From positions 32,550,001 through 32,614,000 of the forward strand of contig OZ024746.1 in the NCBI GenBank assembly GCA_964016885.1: a stretch of 64,000 nucleotides of DNA, given 5' to 3'. The translations under genes were made by a program, and so were the position numbers. Under the pieces are notes generated by a model that was given only the letters and a program-made list of their open reading frames with translations, was not told the origin of the DNA and ran no database searches. Source of the stretch: Eledone cirrhosa (Eukaryota). Positions 12,111 to 27,010 of the stretch are shown here, one piece after another. Positions within the stretch are counted from its first letter, which is position 1; each line of letters opens with the position of its first letter.

Positions 12111-14110
12111 TGTGACTGTGCACAGTCACAACTACCAACTCTTCTGAAACCTATATAGGCTCTACTTCTAACTGCTTCAAAACTAGATACAATTCGCACC
12201 TCCACTCTTTCAAAAAACACAGTCTAGCCAACTCCACTTCACTATCTAGCTACATACACTATCTAAAAACTAAAAATAAACCATATACACTTAAATGGGA
12301 AGTGATAGGTAATGCGACATCGTACAAACCACCTAATAAATTTTGTAACCTCTGTCTACTAGAGACCCATACTATCATCTTCTCTAACCATAACCTCCTT
12401 AATAAAAAATCAGAAGTGTTCGCGTCTTGCCAACACCGCTTCCGACACTCTTTCCAAAACTTTAAACCCAAAATATAACAATGTCAGACTTGAACCCGAC
12501 ACCACCTCTAGCAACTAGCATCAGGGGCACACCTTACACCTCATCTCCACAACCATTAGTCCACTTTAACCCTAATAGTACCTTTACCCTAGAGATATCA
12601 CCATGTACTTCTACTTTTGGTATATTGAATTACTTGGACTACATTGCACTAATATATAATTAATGTAAACTGTAGGCACTGAATTGGTTGTGCTAACATT
12701 GTCCTGTGCATGGAGTGCCACCATAAGATAGATAGAAGATTAAGTATTGAATTTATTAAAAGGGCTATATATTCTATATGCTGAGTACAATGACTTATAT
12801 ACAGGTGATATATGAGTTATGAGTATATGTATGGCTTGATGGCCAGATTAGTGTCTTTATATGAGAGAATTGATCTCTGGACCACCCTGGTGATATTTAA
12901 CTTTGCCATGCATTCAGACATAGAATGACTCAGAGCTTAGAGGGAGTCATATATAGTAATAAGACCCTGCCAGGTTCTGCGGGTGGACTACACTTACAAA
13001 GATCATTGATTTGGAGGTCTGACTCTTCTTGTAGAATGTTCGGTTGTGGCACTCCATGATAGAAGGTAATCATACGGATATGAACACCTTTAGTACTTCT
13101 TAATAGACTACACTGTAATTTATAGATAAGATACTTAAATTTAGAAATTGTTTATAACGTTATATGATAGGGACTCATTTGAAACACCATTAATGTACTT
13201 TAGGGTAATAAATTTAACTATGATAATCAGCTAGTTACCTCCCCTTACGCATTAACTCCCCTTAGTCACACACACACACTTCCGGAATATAATACAATGT
13301 CATCTCTCACAACAAAAACATCCTGATCTATGAATCAAATTAAGAAACGACAAGATATGATTTATATGTAAACTATAAATTGCGTTTCTTGGATAATGTG
13401 AATGGTGGTGGGTGCGAGGACAGTGGTGCTGTTTTGCTTCTCATTTGTAATATTTTTGATATTTTTGGTGTTTCTCTACAAACGGGCTTATATATCATAC
13501 AGATGTGTGTGAAAAATGCTTTAACAATACAGCCCCCATGATGCTATTGATTGCCTGCTTTTACTGCTTGTTTTTACGTGTAACTTATCTGCCGCACTAT
13601 AATCCTGTATAAATAAGACACGCGTGCATGCCACACGTGAGACTGTTTCATACACTGACTACTCTAAACTTTCCTCTTGCTTTATCTTCATAAACTGCCA
13701 ATGTTTTATTTTTATTTTTATTTTTATTCTAATTTTAACTTTAATTTTGTCCTTTAATATGAATGTAACCTTTGTATGTAAATTGCCATGCTATATCATT
13801 ATGATGGATGTCAACCCACTGTGGGTCAATATATACATATGTTTTTGCATGTCTCTTGTGTTGATAAGGAGGTCAAGTATGTGAAAATCACTAAATAGTT
13901 GCTCAGAAGAATCCAAACCTCGGTTTGGAGGAAACAATTGTAAGCAAATAAATGATTTAAACTGAACTTTGATTCATGTAATTTCTATATAACTGCTCTG
14001 TAAAACAACTGATGTTATTACATTGAGCTATTTATCTTACTGGTAATAAGATAGTAATGAATTACTGTCTCTCACTATTTAGAGTTTAAAACCTTTTACT
14101 ATTTAGAGTT
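12111..14110 (+). mobile_element. 5'-truncated Penelope-like element, family B (GIY-YIG frame 12119-12478, long 3'UTR)
   Basis: Stop-free manual translation CTVTTTNSSETYIGSTSNCFKTRYNSHLHSF...LSSYIHYLK...WEVIG...FCNLCLLE...LLNKKSEVFASCQHRFR..., with a hammerhead at 13899. Confidence 0.88.
13899..13947 (+). ncRNA. Type I hammerhead ribozyme, variant core CAGAAGA (family B)
   Basis: TTGCT-CAGAAGA-A-TCCAAAC-CTCG-GTTTGGA-G-GAAA-CAATTG-TA-AGCAA. Confidence 0.75.
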
Positions 14111-14159
14111 AAAACCTCTCACTATTTAGAGTTTAAAACCTTTTATGGTTATATATATT

Positions 14160-14570
<411 letters not shown>

Positions 14571-15594
14571 TATATACATATAATTCCTTTTTGTTTGTCT
14601 AATATATATCAAGGCATACAAAAGTGGCAAGATAGGTATAAGATATGAAAACTGTCATATAAATACTTACACAACACCCTTCCCCACACACGTATATATA
14701 TATATTCATGTTTGTGTGCGTATGCATATACATATGTAAGGGTATATACACTCACACTCATATATATATGAATATGTGTGTGTACATACATATCCTCATA
14801 CGTATACATGGATTGTTTATCGTTAAATCATTCGCTATTTGTATAACGATGTAACAATACAGTAAGTAATACAGTAGAAATTCAACGGATAAGGATTCCT
14901 TGTTTGTTTTGATACAGTTTCAGCTAAGCAAAGAAACAATATTTACATCACATACACATTAATGTTTAAGCAACAAACAGCTAGATAAATATTTTTGCTT
15001 CAGAATTACAGATAATAATATACATGACCTAATGGTGAGGATCGTAATGTTGTTAGTTCGATTCCTTGAGCAAAACACAACTCATAGACATTTTGTGGTT
15101 CGCTAAAGAACGTCAGTTGCTCTGGAGACGCGATAGACAATCTCATCATCCACGGAAATATATGCACTTTTAGAAACTGATCTATTTCTCTTCATATCTA
15201 CCAATAGATCTATTTCTCTTCATATCTACCAATTTGTCTGTTAATCTAGAACCATTTGTTTTGGTATTCACTGACTATCTTTTTATTGGTTTCAGTCTTT
15301 GGATTGCGACCAAATTGGGGAAACCACGACAGGAGTTTAACATAATTTTTTGTCTATAACCTTTCTCGTTGATCTCTATCAAATTCTTAAGTTTTGCTCG
15401 GAATAAAGGACATAACCATGACAGAAAATGTATATATGACCGGCTTCCCAATGGTTTTTGGTTATAAATTGGTCTCAATTGGAAACAATTGAAGAAGGTT
15501 CTGTTCATTATGATCAAACAATTCTTAACAGCACAGCCACTCTTGCGTCATCCATATATATATATATATATATATAGATGCATGCACGCATACA

Positions 15595-15668
<74 letters not shown>

Positions 15669-15688
15669 CACACACACACATACACACA

Positions 15689-15772
<84 letters not shown>

Positions 15773-15826
15773 TATATATATATATATAATACTAAATTAA
15801 AAGCTAAAAGATATATGTATAAAAGA

Positions 15827-15940
<114 letters not shown>

Positions 15941-16041
15941 TATCTTTTAATTTTGAATTATTATAACTTTGGACAAAGTCTTTTGAGCTTTTATTTTATT
16001 GAGAAGCACAAAAATCAAACATATTTGATATGTTCTGATAC

Positions 16042-16091
<50 letters not shown>

Positions 16092-16214
16092 GGAGGTGAG
16101 TTTTATTGTAGTACAATAAAGCAATGCAGATATCGGATAAGAAGCACTCTACAGTTTGTAGGACTGGAGTATATATAATATATAAGATCAAAAGATGGTT
16201 AAAAGAGTTCCATG

Positions 16215-16285
16215 TATTTTATTATGCGCATTTCAAAAACAAATATCATCATGCAATAATATTTGTGTTTTCATCAGATAAAATA
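16215..16285 (-). ncRNA. Type I hammerhead ribozyme (family C, inverted arm)
   Basis: Reverse complement of the motif at 18461-18529. Confidence 0.85.
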
Positions 16286-18460
16286 GGAAGACATGATATG
16301 AAGGTTAAAAAACACTTGTGAATAGTGCAGTTTTAAATCAACATATGAAAAGTAGTTTTAGATTGATGTGTGATATTGGGAAAAAAAAACTTTTGAGGGG
16401 GGGGGGGAGGTTGGAAAGGATGAAAAAGAGGAGGAGATGAGAGTAAAAAGTGGAGAGGGAGGGGTATAATGAGGAAGGATGAGATAGGAGGAGAGATGGG
16501 TGATAGAGAGAGAGAGAGATAGCTTTTATAACTGAGAAAAATATATTTAAGGGTTTAATAATATGTGCGATGGAAAGAAAATGTTAATATGTATTAAGAA
16601 TAATATTTAAGGGTTTAATAATATGTGCGATGGAAAGAAAATGTTGATATGTATTATTAAAAAAACAACAAGTAATGTAAGTAAGGATATATTGTGAGAT
16701 GAGCATGAATAAGTTAGATGAAAGGGAGAAAAAAATAATGAATTGACGATGAATAATCTAACGTCAAAAAAATGTGTTTATGTTTACGAAGGATTTTTTC
16801 AAGGTGATATAAGGTAAGAATATATTGTATTGTGTAATAATTGTTTCTATGTTAGGCACAGTGAGAAAAGGTACAGATTAGGGGTTAGAAATTAAAAGAA
16901 AAAGAAAAGAAAAGGAAAAGGAAGAAAGGGAAGTGATAAATAGGAGTGATATAGAATGAGTAACAAGTATTATATAATGTATAATAAATAACTTTGAAAT
17001 AAGGTAGAAAGATGGGTATATTTAAAAAAAAGAAGTATATATATATATGTGCCTTTGAGAAAAGGATTCTAAATTGATAAAGTTTAGGATATTAGCTGTA
17101 TACTTTATGGAATGTTCTGTGGAATTTATGCAAGCAGAGAGAAAACAAATCAGTGCGTCTATTTATTATAGAATCTAAATTAGATATAATGGTAAATTTT
17201 TCATTTAGACAGAGATTGCAAGTCTTGGATAGAGAACTGTTCAAGTATAAAGAGGCAGAAGAAACCAACACGGCTCTCTCAGAACTCATATGGTCCCTGA
17301 AAGACAAAAATATTAAATATAACATCTCTTGGAAAAAGGTTTCTTCTTCCTCGAACAGTTCTCTATCCAAGACTTGCAATCTCTGTCTAAATGAAAAAAT
17401 TACCATTATATATAATTTAGATTCTATAATAAATAGACGCACTGACTTGTTTTCTCTCTGCTTGCATACATTCCACAGAACATTCCATAAAGTATACAGC
17501 TAATATCCTAAACTTTATCAATTTAGAATCCTTTTCTCAAAGGCACACATATATATATACTTCTTTTTTTTTAAATATACCCATTTTTCTACCTTATTTC
17601 AAAGTTATTTATTATACATTATATAATACTTGTTACTCATTCTATATCACTCCTATTTATCACTTCCCTTTCTTCCTTTTCCTTTTTTTTTCTTTTTCTT
17701 TTAATTTCTAACCCCTAATCTGTACCTTTTCTCACTGTGCCTAACATAGAAACAATTATTACACAATACAATATATTCTTACCTTATATCACCTTGAAAA
17801 AATCCTTCGTAAACATAAACACATTTTTTTGACGTTAGATTATTCATCGTCAATTCATTATTTTTTTCTCCCTTTCATCTAACTTATTCATGCTCATCTC
17901 ACAATATATCTTTACTTACATTACTTGTTGTTTTTTTAATAATACATATCAACATTTTCTTTCCATCGCACATATTATTAAACCCTTAAATATTATTCTT
18001 AATACATATTAACATTTTCTTTCCATCGCACATATTATTAAACCCTTAAATATTATTCTTAATACATATTAACATTTTCTTTTCATCGCACATATTATTA
18101 AACCCTTCAATATACAAACCTTAACTTTACATTATTTTTCTCTTCGTTAATTTTCAAATTCTTTTAATTTATACATTATCTTCCAACGGTTTTTCAACCT
18201 CTCTATGTAAAACAATATATTTTTCTCAGTTATAAAAGCTATCTCTCTCTCTCTATCACCCATCTCTCCTCCTATCTCATCCTTCCTCATTATACTCCTC
18301 CCCCTCCACTTTTTACTCTCATCTCCTCCTCTTTTTCACCCCCCCCCCCCTCAAAATTCTTTTTTCCAAATATCACACATCAATCTAAAACTACTTTTCA
18401 TATGTTGATTTAAAACTGCACTATTCACAAGTGTTTTTTAACCTTCATATCATGTCTTCC

Positions 18461-18529
18461 TATTTTATCTGATGAAAACAAATATTATTGCATGATGATA
18501 TTTGTTTTTGAAATGCGCATAATAAAATA
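18461..18529 (+). ncRNA. Type I hammerhead ribozyme, canonical core (family C)
   Basis: TATTTTAT-CTGATGA-AAACAAATAT...ATATTTGTTTTT-GAAA-TGCGCA-TA-ATAAAATA. Stem I is 8 bp and stem III is palindromic. Confidence 0.9.
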
Positions 18530-18559
18530 CATGGAACTCTTTTAACCATCTTTTGATCT

Positions 18560-18600
<41 letters not shown>

Positions 18601-18601
<1 letters not shown>

Positions 18602-18775
18602 TAGAATAATAGTAAATGTGAAGACTAAAATCCGAAGAGGGTTCGATAAGTATAATATATATATAAAAATATATAAAACCATAGAGCAAATATTTATTTA
18701 AATAACAGATTAACGTTTAAGCAAATAATCGCTGCTTTCACCCTTAACAGCTTAAACTTTAATCTGTTATTTTTA
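18601..18775. mobile_element. PLE terminal fragment with small fold-back (family D)
   Basis: Homologous to 34827-34988 and 47433-47664; flanked by TA tracts. Confidence 0.7.
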
Positions 18776-19485
18776 TATATATATATATATAATTACACAC
18801 ACATAAATATATATACATACTTAAAGCCAGAAAGACGCAAACAAACACTTAATATGCATAGGCATGCAATCACATACACGTGCACCTCCACACACACACA
18901 TACACACTCATGCACCTACACATACATACACACGCACTTTGACTTGGAAAAACACACAAATTAGCCTTTACATACAAGTAGAGACACGATTATATCGTAA
19001 AGCACTCGTCATTTACAACCAATATCACTGTCTAAACGACATATTCGTGCCAAACGTCTCTTTAAAATTTTGTGTCAAATCACTTGTGTAAATATTAAAC
19101 ATGTCACCCAATTGTGACATGCTCGTGCTACAGAATCTATTGATCATACAGTTATTTAATATTGTTGACATGACTGTTCGATTTCTTTAACACCGTGTAC
19201 ATTATGTACAATCGTGCTTCGAGCTTGTACATAAAATATATGTGTGTTTGTGTATGTGTGGTATGTGTGAATGTATATACACACACATGATACATACAGA
19301 CATTATACATACACATACAGAAAGTAAGAAGGGAATCACAGTTAAGGTTAGGTACTCAATAAATCAGGTAAAGTGTATACATGATTTTATTTAATTTTGA
19401 AGGGGGTTCTACAGGACTAAAACTGTTCCATTTGAAATGATCGTGTATATATATATATACACGATCATTTTACTACTACTACTAC

Positions 19486-19578
<93 letters not shown>

Positions 19579-19735
19579 AGAGAGAGAGAGAGAAGTATGA
19601 AGGTGGCCCACCTACAATGAATAAATAACATTTTCAAAAAATACATAAGTGGAAACAAAACAGTGCAATCAAATTTTTGCGGAAAAATATCTTACCTTCT
19701 CCAATAAAAAATATGTATTTTGCGAGACTTTCAAT

Positions 19736-20190
19736 AATGACCAGAAGTCGACCCTAAATATTACTAATTGCTCTAGGAAAGCCATGAACGACACCACATC
19801 TTTTTTAACTTTGATTTTCAAAGTAGGTTTATAATTATCAATTTTCATTATATTTTTTGTAGCTGTTTCGGTGGCCTAGTTGGAGGAATCATAGACGGTG
19901 GTGATCCTGGTCAGGAGTAGGGTTCCCGGTAAACCTTTTCAGTTTTTTCTATTGGTTGTAAAATAAAAACTGAAAAAAGTTACATGTACCTCTTGACTAA
20001 GATAGAACCCAAGGCTAGGATCTTCACCGTCTCAAGTACCCACCGCTAGACCACATAGACAGCTACGGAAATCTTGTGAAAATTCATACTTATAAACCTA
20101 CTTTCAAAATTTTCAAAACAAAGTGTTGTGGTGTCGTTCATGTCTTTCTTAATGTTATTGCTCCTTCTTAAGGTCGACTTCTAAATCATT
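19736..20190. mobile_element. Diverged fold-back/MITE-like element with ~175-bp imperfect inverted arms
   Basis: GAAGTCGACC..CATGAACGACACCACA..AAAGTAGGTTTATAA..GTAGCTGT..AGACGGTG is mirrored at 20018-20190. Confidence 0.7.
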
Positions 20191-20275
20191 TGGGTGTTCC
20201 ATAAACTACATCCTCATTTTGTTTGTCATCTATCTAGACTATATTTCAACCTGTAATCCATGTTTCATTTCTGTT

Positions 20276-20327
<52 letters not shown>

Positions 20328-20367
20328 CTCTCTCCTCTTTCCGTGACATTTGAATCTATGTATTAGA

Positions 20368-20708
20368 TTTATAATATTTGAAGGTTCTTCTAATTCTATG
20401 ATTGCAAGATATAATTAATTCCTGTCGCTTATTTAATAGGATATCCTTAGATTTCATGATTTCAAAATGTTTCTGGGAGCATAACCTACACTCGTATCTG
20501 CTATTTTGATAAGGGGTAGCCCTTTTGAGCACGCTCCAGGTTAAGTTGTAATCGATATTCTTCTTTCTATAATTATTAATTGTTTCAGCTAAGGATGTTG
20601 TATTAGCTAATGCGGCATTTTAAAAACCATGTACTTTAAATTGGTTAGACGTAGCTCCTATATATGAATAAGTGGAGTCCTTAGTGTTAATTTTACATTT
20701 ATAGACTC
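20368..20708 (-). mobile_element. Second fragment of family A PLE GIY-YIG region
   Basis: Colinear and similar to 11580-11930 (YSYIGATSNQFKV...ANTTSLAE...LLNKRQELIISCNH). Confidence 0.85.
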
Positions 20709-20826
20709 TGTTTTCCTATGATTTTTATCGAAACCTTTTGAATGCATCTTCTCTTTTCATGATATTTGGATTACATTCAGTTCTTCATACGGATTGGACA
20801 CTACCGTATATTTTGGTAGATTTATC

Positions 20827-20896
<70 letters not shown>

Positions 20897-21308
20897 TATA
20901 CCTCTTGCTTTCTTTCACCCCCTCTGCTGGTCACACACTCTCGGCTGGCCTCTTCCTCACACTTTCACTCACTCACTCTCTGCTACTCCACCTCTCTCAC
21001 TTTCCTCCCGTCTGATCTGTGCGAAATCCTTTTCTCTCTCACTTTTCGCGTGGTTCGGACGTGTCTGCCTCTTTTCGTCTATTGATTTGTTCGGATTCAT
21101 TGACTTGTCTCTCTTTTCCTCTCTTTACGTTGCATTACTACCATGTTGTTTGTTTACTTTCCCCTTCCAATTCGCTCTGTCCCGATAACTTATTTTAGTT
21201 ATCGCTCGCACTGATTTGAGGTATCTAGTCTTTAATGCGAAGAAATACCAATGATAGCAGCAGACTACTGATGATGGACAGTTCTGTTTCTTGGTCTATT
21301 TTCATTCA

Positions 21309-21348
<40 letters not shown>

Positions 21349-21629
21349 CCACATGTCTCTGTTCCTAGAAATTTAGTCTCAACATTTTTTTCGCTACATG
21401 TATCAACGTGCAGAATTTTGAGCTGGATAGAAATCAACCCCACTAACCTTATCAGCCTGAGATGGCCTAAAATAATACTCCGGTAGTGTGGTGTGGAACT
21501 CTCCTTTTCCCACTTTCTTTCTTTCCGTCTTTCTTTATCTCTCTCACTTTCTGTCTGTCTATATATTTATATGTATATAGATATTCGTATATACATAGAT
21601 AGATACATAATACATACACATACAAACAT

Positions 21630-21747
<118 letters not shown>

Positions 21748-22226
21748 TTACACATGCGAACTCTTGCACATACAAACACACATATATACATATATACATA
21801 TATACATCGAAACACAGAGACACGCCTCCATAACCGTATAGGTAACAACAACGACAACAAAATCTCATTAACTGTTCCATTGTTGTAAGTCATTCAAACT
21901 GTCCACGTGATGTGTCCCCTATCCAACCAGCCCCTAAAATCCCATCTTTCTCCCACCATATTATGTATTGTTAAAATTAGAACGTCTCTTTGTTCCATTA
22001 TAGAATTTGATAAAAAATCATTCGATGTTTACTCTAACAATATGTCTCTAAGCGCAATTTTTAATTCCCAAAATAGTCGAGTATATTACAATTATATATA
22101 AGAAAAATATATACATACACGCACACACACTCAGATACACACACACACACTCAGATACAAACACAAACACACATATATACACAGACAACACACATACACA
22201 ACTCACACACACACACACACACACAA

Positions 22227-22326
<100 letters not shown>

Positions 22327-22589
22327 GATATATATGGCCTCAGCCGGATGGCTGGTACAGGTAAAAGAGTAAAAGAGTAAATATATACAGCGTGCGTCAG
22401 TTTTTTTAGGACATTTACATGTATTTAGAAAAAGACGCAAAGCACATAAAAAAATGCAATATTTAGATACCAATTAGAACAAATATTATTTACAATACAT
22501 TTATAATATATATTCAATGAATTCTCCGTTAGCTTCAATGACTGCTTCTATACGGGGTTTGAATCAGATGACCTCTATCAATAATAATT

Positions 22590-23165
22590 GTTTTTACATT
22601 TGGCACAAGACCAGCAATTATCCCGGTGCATTACTGGTACTTTATTTTATCGACCCCGTAAGAATGAAAGGCAAAGTTAACCTCGGCGGGATTTGAACTC
22701 AGACCGTAAAGGGACGTAACTCTATGCGGCAAAGCATGGCGTCACACCCTCTACCGATACTGCCAATCCACCTCTATCAATAATAATAATAATTGTTTCT
22801 ACTTTAGGCACAAGGCCAGCAATTACCCAGTACATTACTGGTACTTTATTTTATCGACCCCGTAAGGATGAAAGGCAAAGTTAACCTCGGCGGGATTTGA
22901 ACTCAGAATGTAAAGGGACGTAACTATGCTAGAAAGCATGGCGTCCAACAATGGTTTCTGATTTAGATACAAGGACAACAATTTGAAGGGGAGAGAAACG
23001 TCGATTAAATCGACCCCAGTGCATTTCTGGTACTTTATTCTATCGACCTCGTAAGGATGAAATGTAAAGCTAACCTCAGTGGGTTTCGAACTAACAGCGT
23101 AAAGAGCCGTAACTATATGCCGCGAAGCATGTTTCCGACGCCCTACCGATACTGCCAAACCACCG
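22590..23165 (-). mobile_element. Three tandem/nested tRNA-derived SINEs (major family in this window)
   Basis: Reverse complement of GGATTGGCAGTATCGGTAGA...GAGTTCAAATCCCGCCGAGGTTAACTTTGCCTTTCATCCTTACGGGGTCGATAAAATAAAGTACCAG. The first copy is flanked by direct repeat ACCTCTATCAATAATAAT. Confidence 0.9.
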
Positions 23166-24688
23166 CACTTGAGTTAGAAAAAAATAATGCAATGCATTTA
23201 ATTGGCGTCTAACACTATGGAAAAGTCACATACATTTTAAAGGAAGGACGCTATCATTTGAAACCCCTCTAGTACAAGTTTAGTAGTTATTTTACGTAAT
23301 AGATGTGATTTGAACACAGAACTTAGAATCTCGAAACCAAATAGTACATAGTTGTTGTTTGAGAATCTTTCATTTGTACCACATTCACGTTGTTTCCTCT
23401 TAAAATAAAACAAACATTTACATATTCGTTGATCAGCATATTGAAAATTTACTGGTTTTCTCTCATATAATGTGCACACATGTCACATATTTTTATTCAC
23501 AGAAGGAAATACTTATACTTCAGCTATAAACAAAGTTTAACTATATAAAAAACGTTATATGTAAGCAAAAGATATGTAATTTAATGGCATGTTTCAATTC
23601 TGTATTTAAAGAGCTTGTATTTTTGAAAACATGCCATGTTAAATATTGTGTCTGTCGTTGAATTTAAATATTATAGGTTGTAATAAAAAAAAAAAAAAAA
23701 AAATGTAACCTTCCAAAATATGTTTTTATTAGATTTAAATCTTTCAGATGTGCTATACATGTACGTAAGTTGAATGACTTCTCCAAGTAAAACACTACAT
23801 TTCGAAAGATTACCGCAACCGGTGCCATATATCTGTATGCAGATCGACTGGAGCAGAGATTGAAATCTGTAAACGTTACTTCAAGCAGGGTTTCAATATT
23901 CATTCATAGTAACATAAGGATTACAGTATGTCGATTTAATTTACATTTATATTTATTTTCAATAATAGCAGTCATATATGACTAAAATCAAAGCCAGAGT
24001 TATTGATTGAATTTTAATGGTTTCATTTATATTAGTTTCCATTTTAGTTATTCTTTTACCTTTAATGGACATTTTATTTCAGTGATACACCATTTTCATT
24101 TAAGTATTTCTATTTTCGCATCATGCGTGTTGTGATATTCGTCTTTCATCTTTACGCTGTCGTTAAAATAAGTATTATTCAAGTACTGGAGTCGATATAT
24201 TCCTTTACAAACTACTTTAACACACGCTTGAGAGAGTGGGAGAGAAAAAAATGGATTCTCATTTGTGTATACATGTGAGAAAACCCTGATTGAAAAAAAA
24301 ACAAAAAATAAAAAAAATAAACAACAAAAAACAAAAACAAATGATAGAAGTTGAGTGGCATATAATTTATTGGCAATAGAAATTTTACAAATTGTTACTC
24401 CGAGTACTTGACGATATTGGAATGATTATTGAAAAACCTTTTCTAAGAAGACGGTACAAAGGACACGACTTGTATGAATATAAAAAATGAATTTCTATTA
24501 CGCTATTTTTTTAATTTTCTTTGATTGAAAGTTTTTAAAATCGAAAATTATTCTTAACCAAAATATTTTCCTGTAGATAAAACATTCCAAGAAAGAAAAT
24601 AACCAGTAAGTAGGCAACGAACACTTCTTTAGCAATAAAATACCAACATATCTATAGTAAGTCATAAATTCACACAGTTCAGTTAAAC

Positions 24689-25021
24689 CAGAGGTTCTCA
24701 AACCTTTGGAGCCACCGCCCCTCTCACGGCCACGTAATACCCTCAGCGCCCCACCCCTATTTCCAGAGAGACCTACCTACACATAAATTGTAAATAATAT
24801 ATAATAAATTAAATCGTTAATTTATATATAATAAATAATATAATATATACTATGTATAAATATTATATATTTTTTATTTTACTATATTTATATATAATAT
24901 ATATCATTTGATATTTAATATACTATTATATCATCTATACCGACCCCTGGACCTTCTCAAGACCCTCCCCTGAGAGGGGGGGGGGGGGCAGGAGTGGTAG
25001 CGCTCACTTTGAGAACCTCTG
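24689..25021. mobile_element. hAT (Charlie-like) MITE
   Basis: TIRs CAGAGGTTCTCAAA / TTTGAGAACCTCTG; 8-bp TSD AGTTAAAC / AATTAAAC (7 of 8). Confidence 0.85.
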
Positions 25022-27010
25022 AATTAAACAATTAGAATCCTGTAAAACTAATCAATTTCTTAGTGTAGCAAAGAATGCATCGAAAAATCAGATGGAGAAA
25101 TATATGGAGAACCGTGTTTTAAAAATGTCCACTATATTTCGAAAGTAGTAGCTTCTGTGTATTTTAAACTTGAAATATACTTGTATAACTGTTTTGAATG
25201 AATTCTCAGTAAACTCAATACAGGATTTTGAGGTGATATTTTGCGTATGGGGGAATTTAGCACAATAAACTAGAACATTTTGAAGGCACACACCATTAAG
25301 TGAACAAAAGATTATCACAGTTGCATGTAACAAAGAAAGTAAGTTATCTCTATGGAAAATATTTTTGTTATAAATTTAGCAATAGAAACTGCAAAGTTGA
25401 TATTGCAGGAATAACTTAATTTTATCTTGTTTCTATGATTAAAGATCTAGGAATATTTATGATGCAAATGGAAATCGTAACATATTAAATTAAATATATC
25501 TCTAGCGATGATTTAACAACAGAATAGATTATATTAAAATTTTACATTCTCTATTTTTACGTTCGTAAATATTGGCATGTAATAAATGTTTGTCTGTAAA
25601 ACCACTATTTTAAAATGCATCACAGTACTGAGGCGCAACGCTATTGAAAAAAAACAGTGATCAGAAGGTATTCTAGATATTTCTTTTCTCACATCTTTAC
25701 AAAATATATTTTAAATTGCGAAGGAGATAGTGAGATTTATTATTGATGTACATTTTATGGAGGATATTTATTCTAGTAAAAAGTGTCGTTCAGAAACATC
25801 ATGCTTAGTGTCGATCATAATAATTAAATCTAATATAAATATATCGATAAACTCTTTCTAAAACTAATTCAGGCGCGTTTATATTATGAGGACTATCCAA
25901 ATCCTTAATTTGGTATAAACCAGCCTGCAAACAAAGAAATTTAGAATATGTCGTTCAAATTCTCAAGACATCAGTTCCTTGTTAGAGCCCTCGACCTTCT
26001 CAAGACCCTCCGGGGGGGGGGGGAGGAGTGGTAGCGCTCACTTTGAGAACCTCTGAATTAAACAATTAGGATCCTGTAAAACTAATCAATTTCTTAGTGG
26101 AGCAAAGAATGCATCGAAAAATCAGATGGAGAAATATATGGAGAACCGTGTTTTAAAAATGTCCACTATATTTCGAAAGTAGTAGCTTCTGTGTATTTTA
26201 AACTTGAAATATACTTGTATAACTGCTTTGAATGAATTCTCAGTAAACTCAATACAGGATTTTGAGGTGATATTTTGCGTATGGGGGAATTTAGCACGAT
26301 AAACTAGAACATTTTGAAGGCACACACCATTAAGTGAACAAAAGATTATCACAGTTGCATGTAACAAAGAAAGTAAGTTATCTCTATGGAAAATATTTTT
26401 GGTTATAAATTTAGCAATAGAAACTGCAAAGTTGATAATGCAGGAATAACTTAATTTTATCTTGTTTCTATGATTTAAAGATCTAGGAATATTTATGATG
26501 CAAATGGAAATCGTAACATATTATCTCTAGCGATGATTTAACAACAGAATGGATTATATTAAAATTTTACATTCTCTATTTTTACGTTCGTAAATATTGG
26601 CATGTAATAAATGTTTGTCTGTAAAACCACTATTTTAAAATGCATCACAGTACTGAGGCGCAACGCTATTGAAAAAAACAGTGATCATAAGGTATTCTAG
26701 ATATTTCTTTTCTCACATCTTTACAAAATATATTTTAAATTGCGAAGGAGATAGTGAGATTTATTATTGATGTACATTTTATGGAGGATATTTATTCTAG
26801 TAAAAAGTGTCGTTCAGAAACATCATGCTTAGTGTCGATCATAATAATTAAATCTAATATAAATATATCGATAAACTCTTTCTAAAACTAATTCAGGCGC
26901 GTTTATATTATGAGGACTATCCAAATCCTTAATTTGGTATAAACCAGCCTGCAAACAGAAATTTAGAATATGTCGTTCAAATTCTCAAGACATCAGTTCC
27001 TTGTTAGAGC
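24950..27010 (+). repeat. Tandem duplication of a ~1.03-kb unit
   Basis: 24950-25989 and 25993-27010 are near-identical, from GACCTTCTCAAGACCCTCC to CATCAGTTCCTTGTTAGAGCC. Confidence 0.93.

Larger units (their letters stand above)
16088..18573. mobile_element. Penelope-like element with ~1.1-kb inverted pseudo-LTRs (family C)
   Basis: Arms 16170-17242 and 17353-18573 are near-perfect reverse complements. The loop plus right arm encode a GIY-YIG C-terminus (TALSELIWSLKDKNIKYNISW...CNLCLNEK...INRRTDLFSLCLH). Extra tail 16088-16169 on one side only; TA flanks. Confidence 0.93.

Noticed and set aside
17092-17503. Two opposite-strand 116-aa ORFs with matching N- and C-termini
   Set aside because: Artefact of the inverted repeat; only the plus-strand part from about 17243 is genuine GIY-YIG sequence.
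16540-18110. Regular 60-nt repeats as a possible CRISPR-like array
   Set aside because: Contiguous tandem units with no unique spacers, in a eukaryotic retroelement UTR.
21262-21380. CTGATGA and GAAATTTAG separated by a TA tract, a possible split hammerhead
   Set aside because: Stem I and III registers do not resolve; too degenerate to call.
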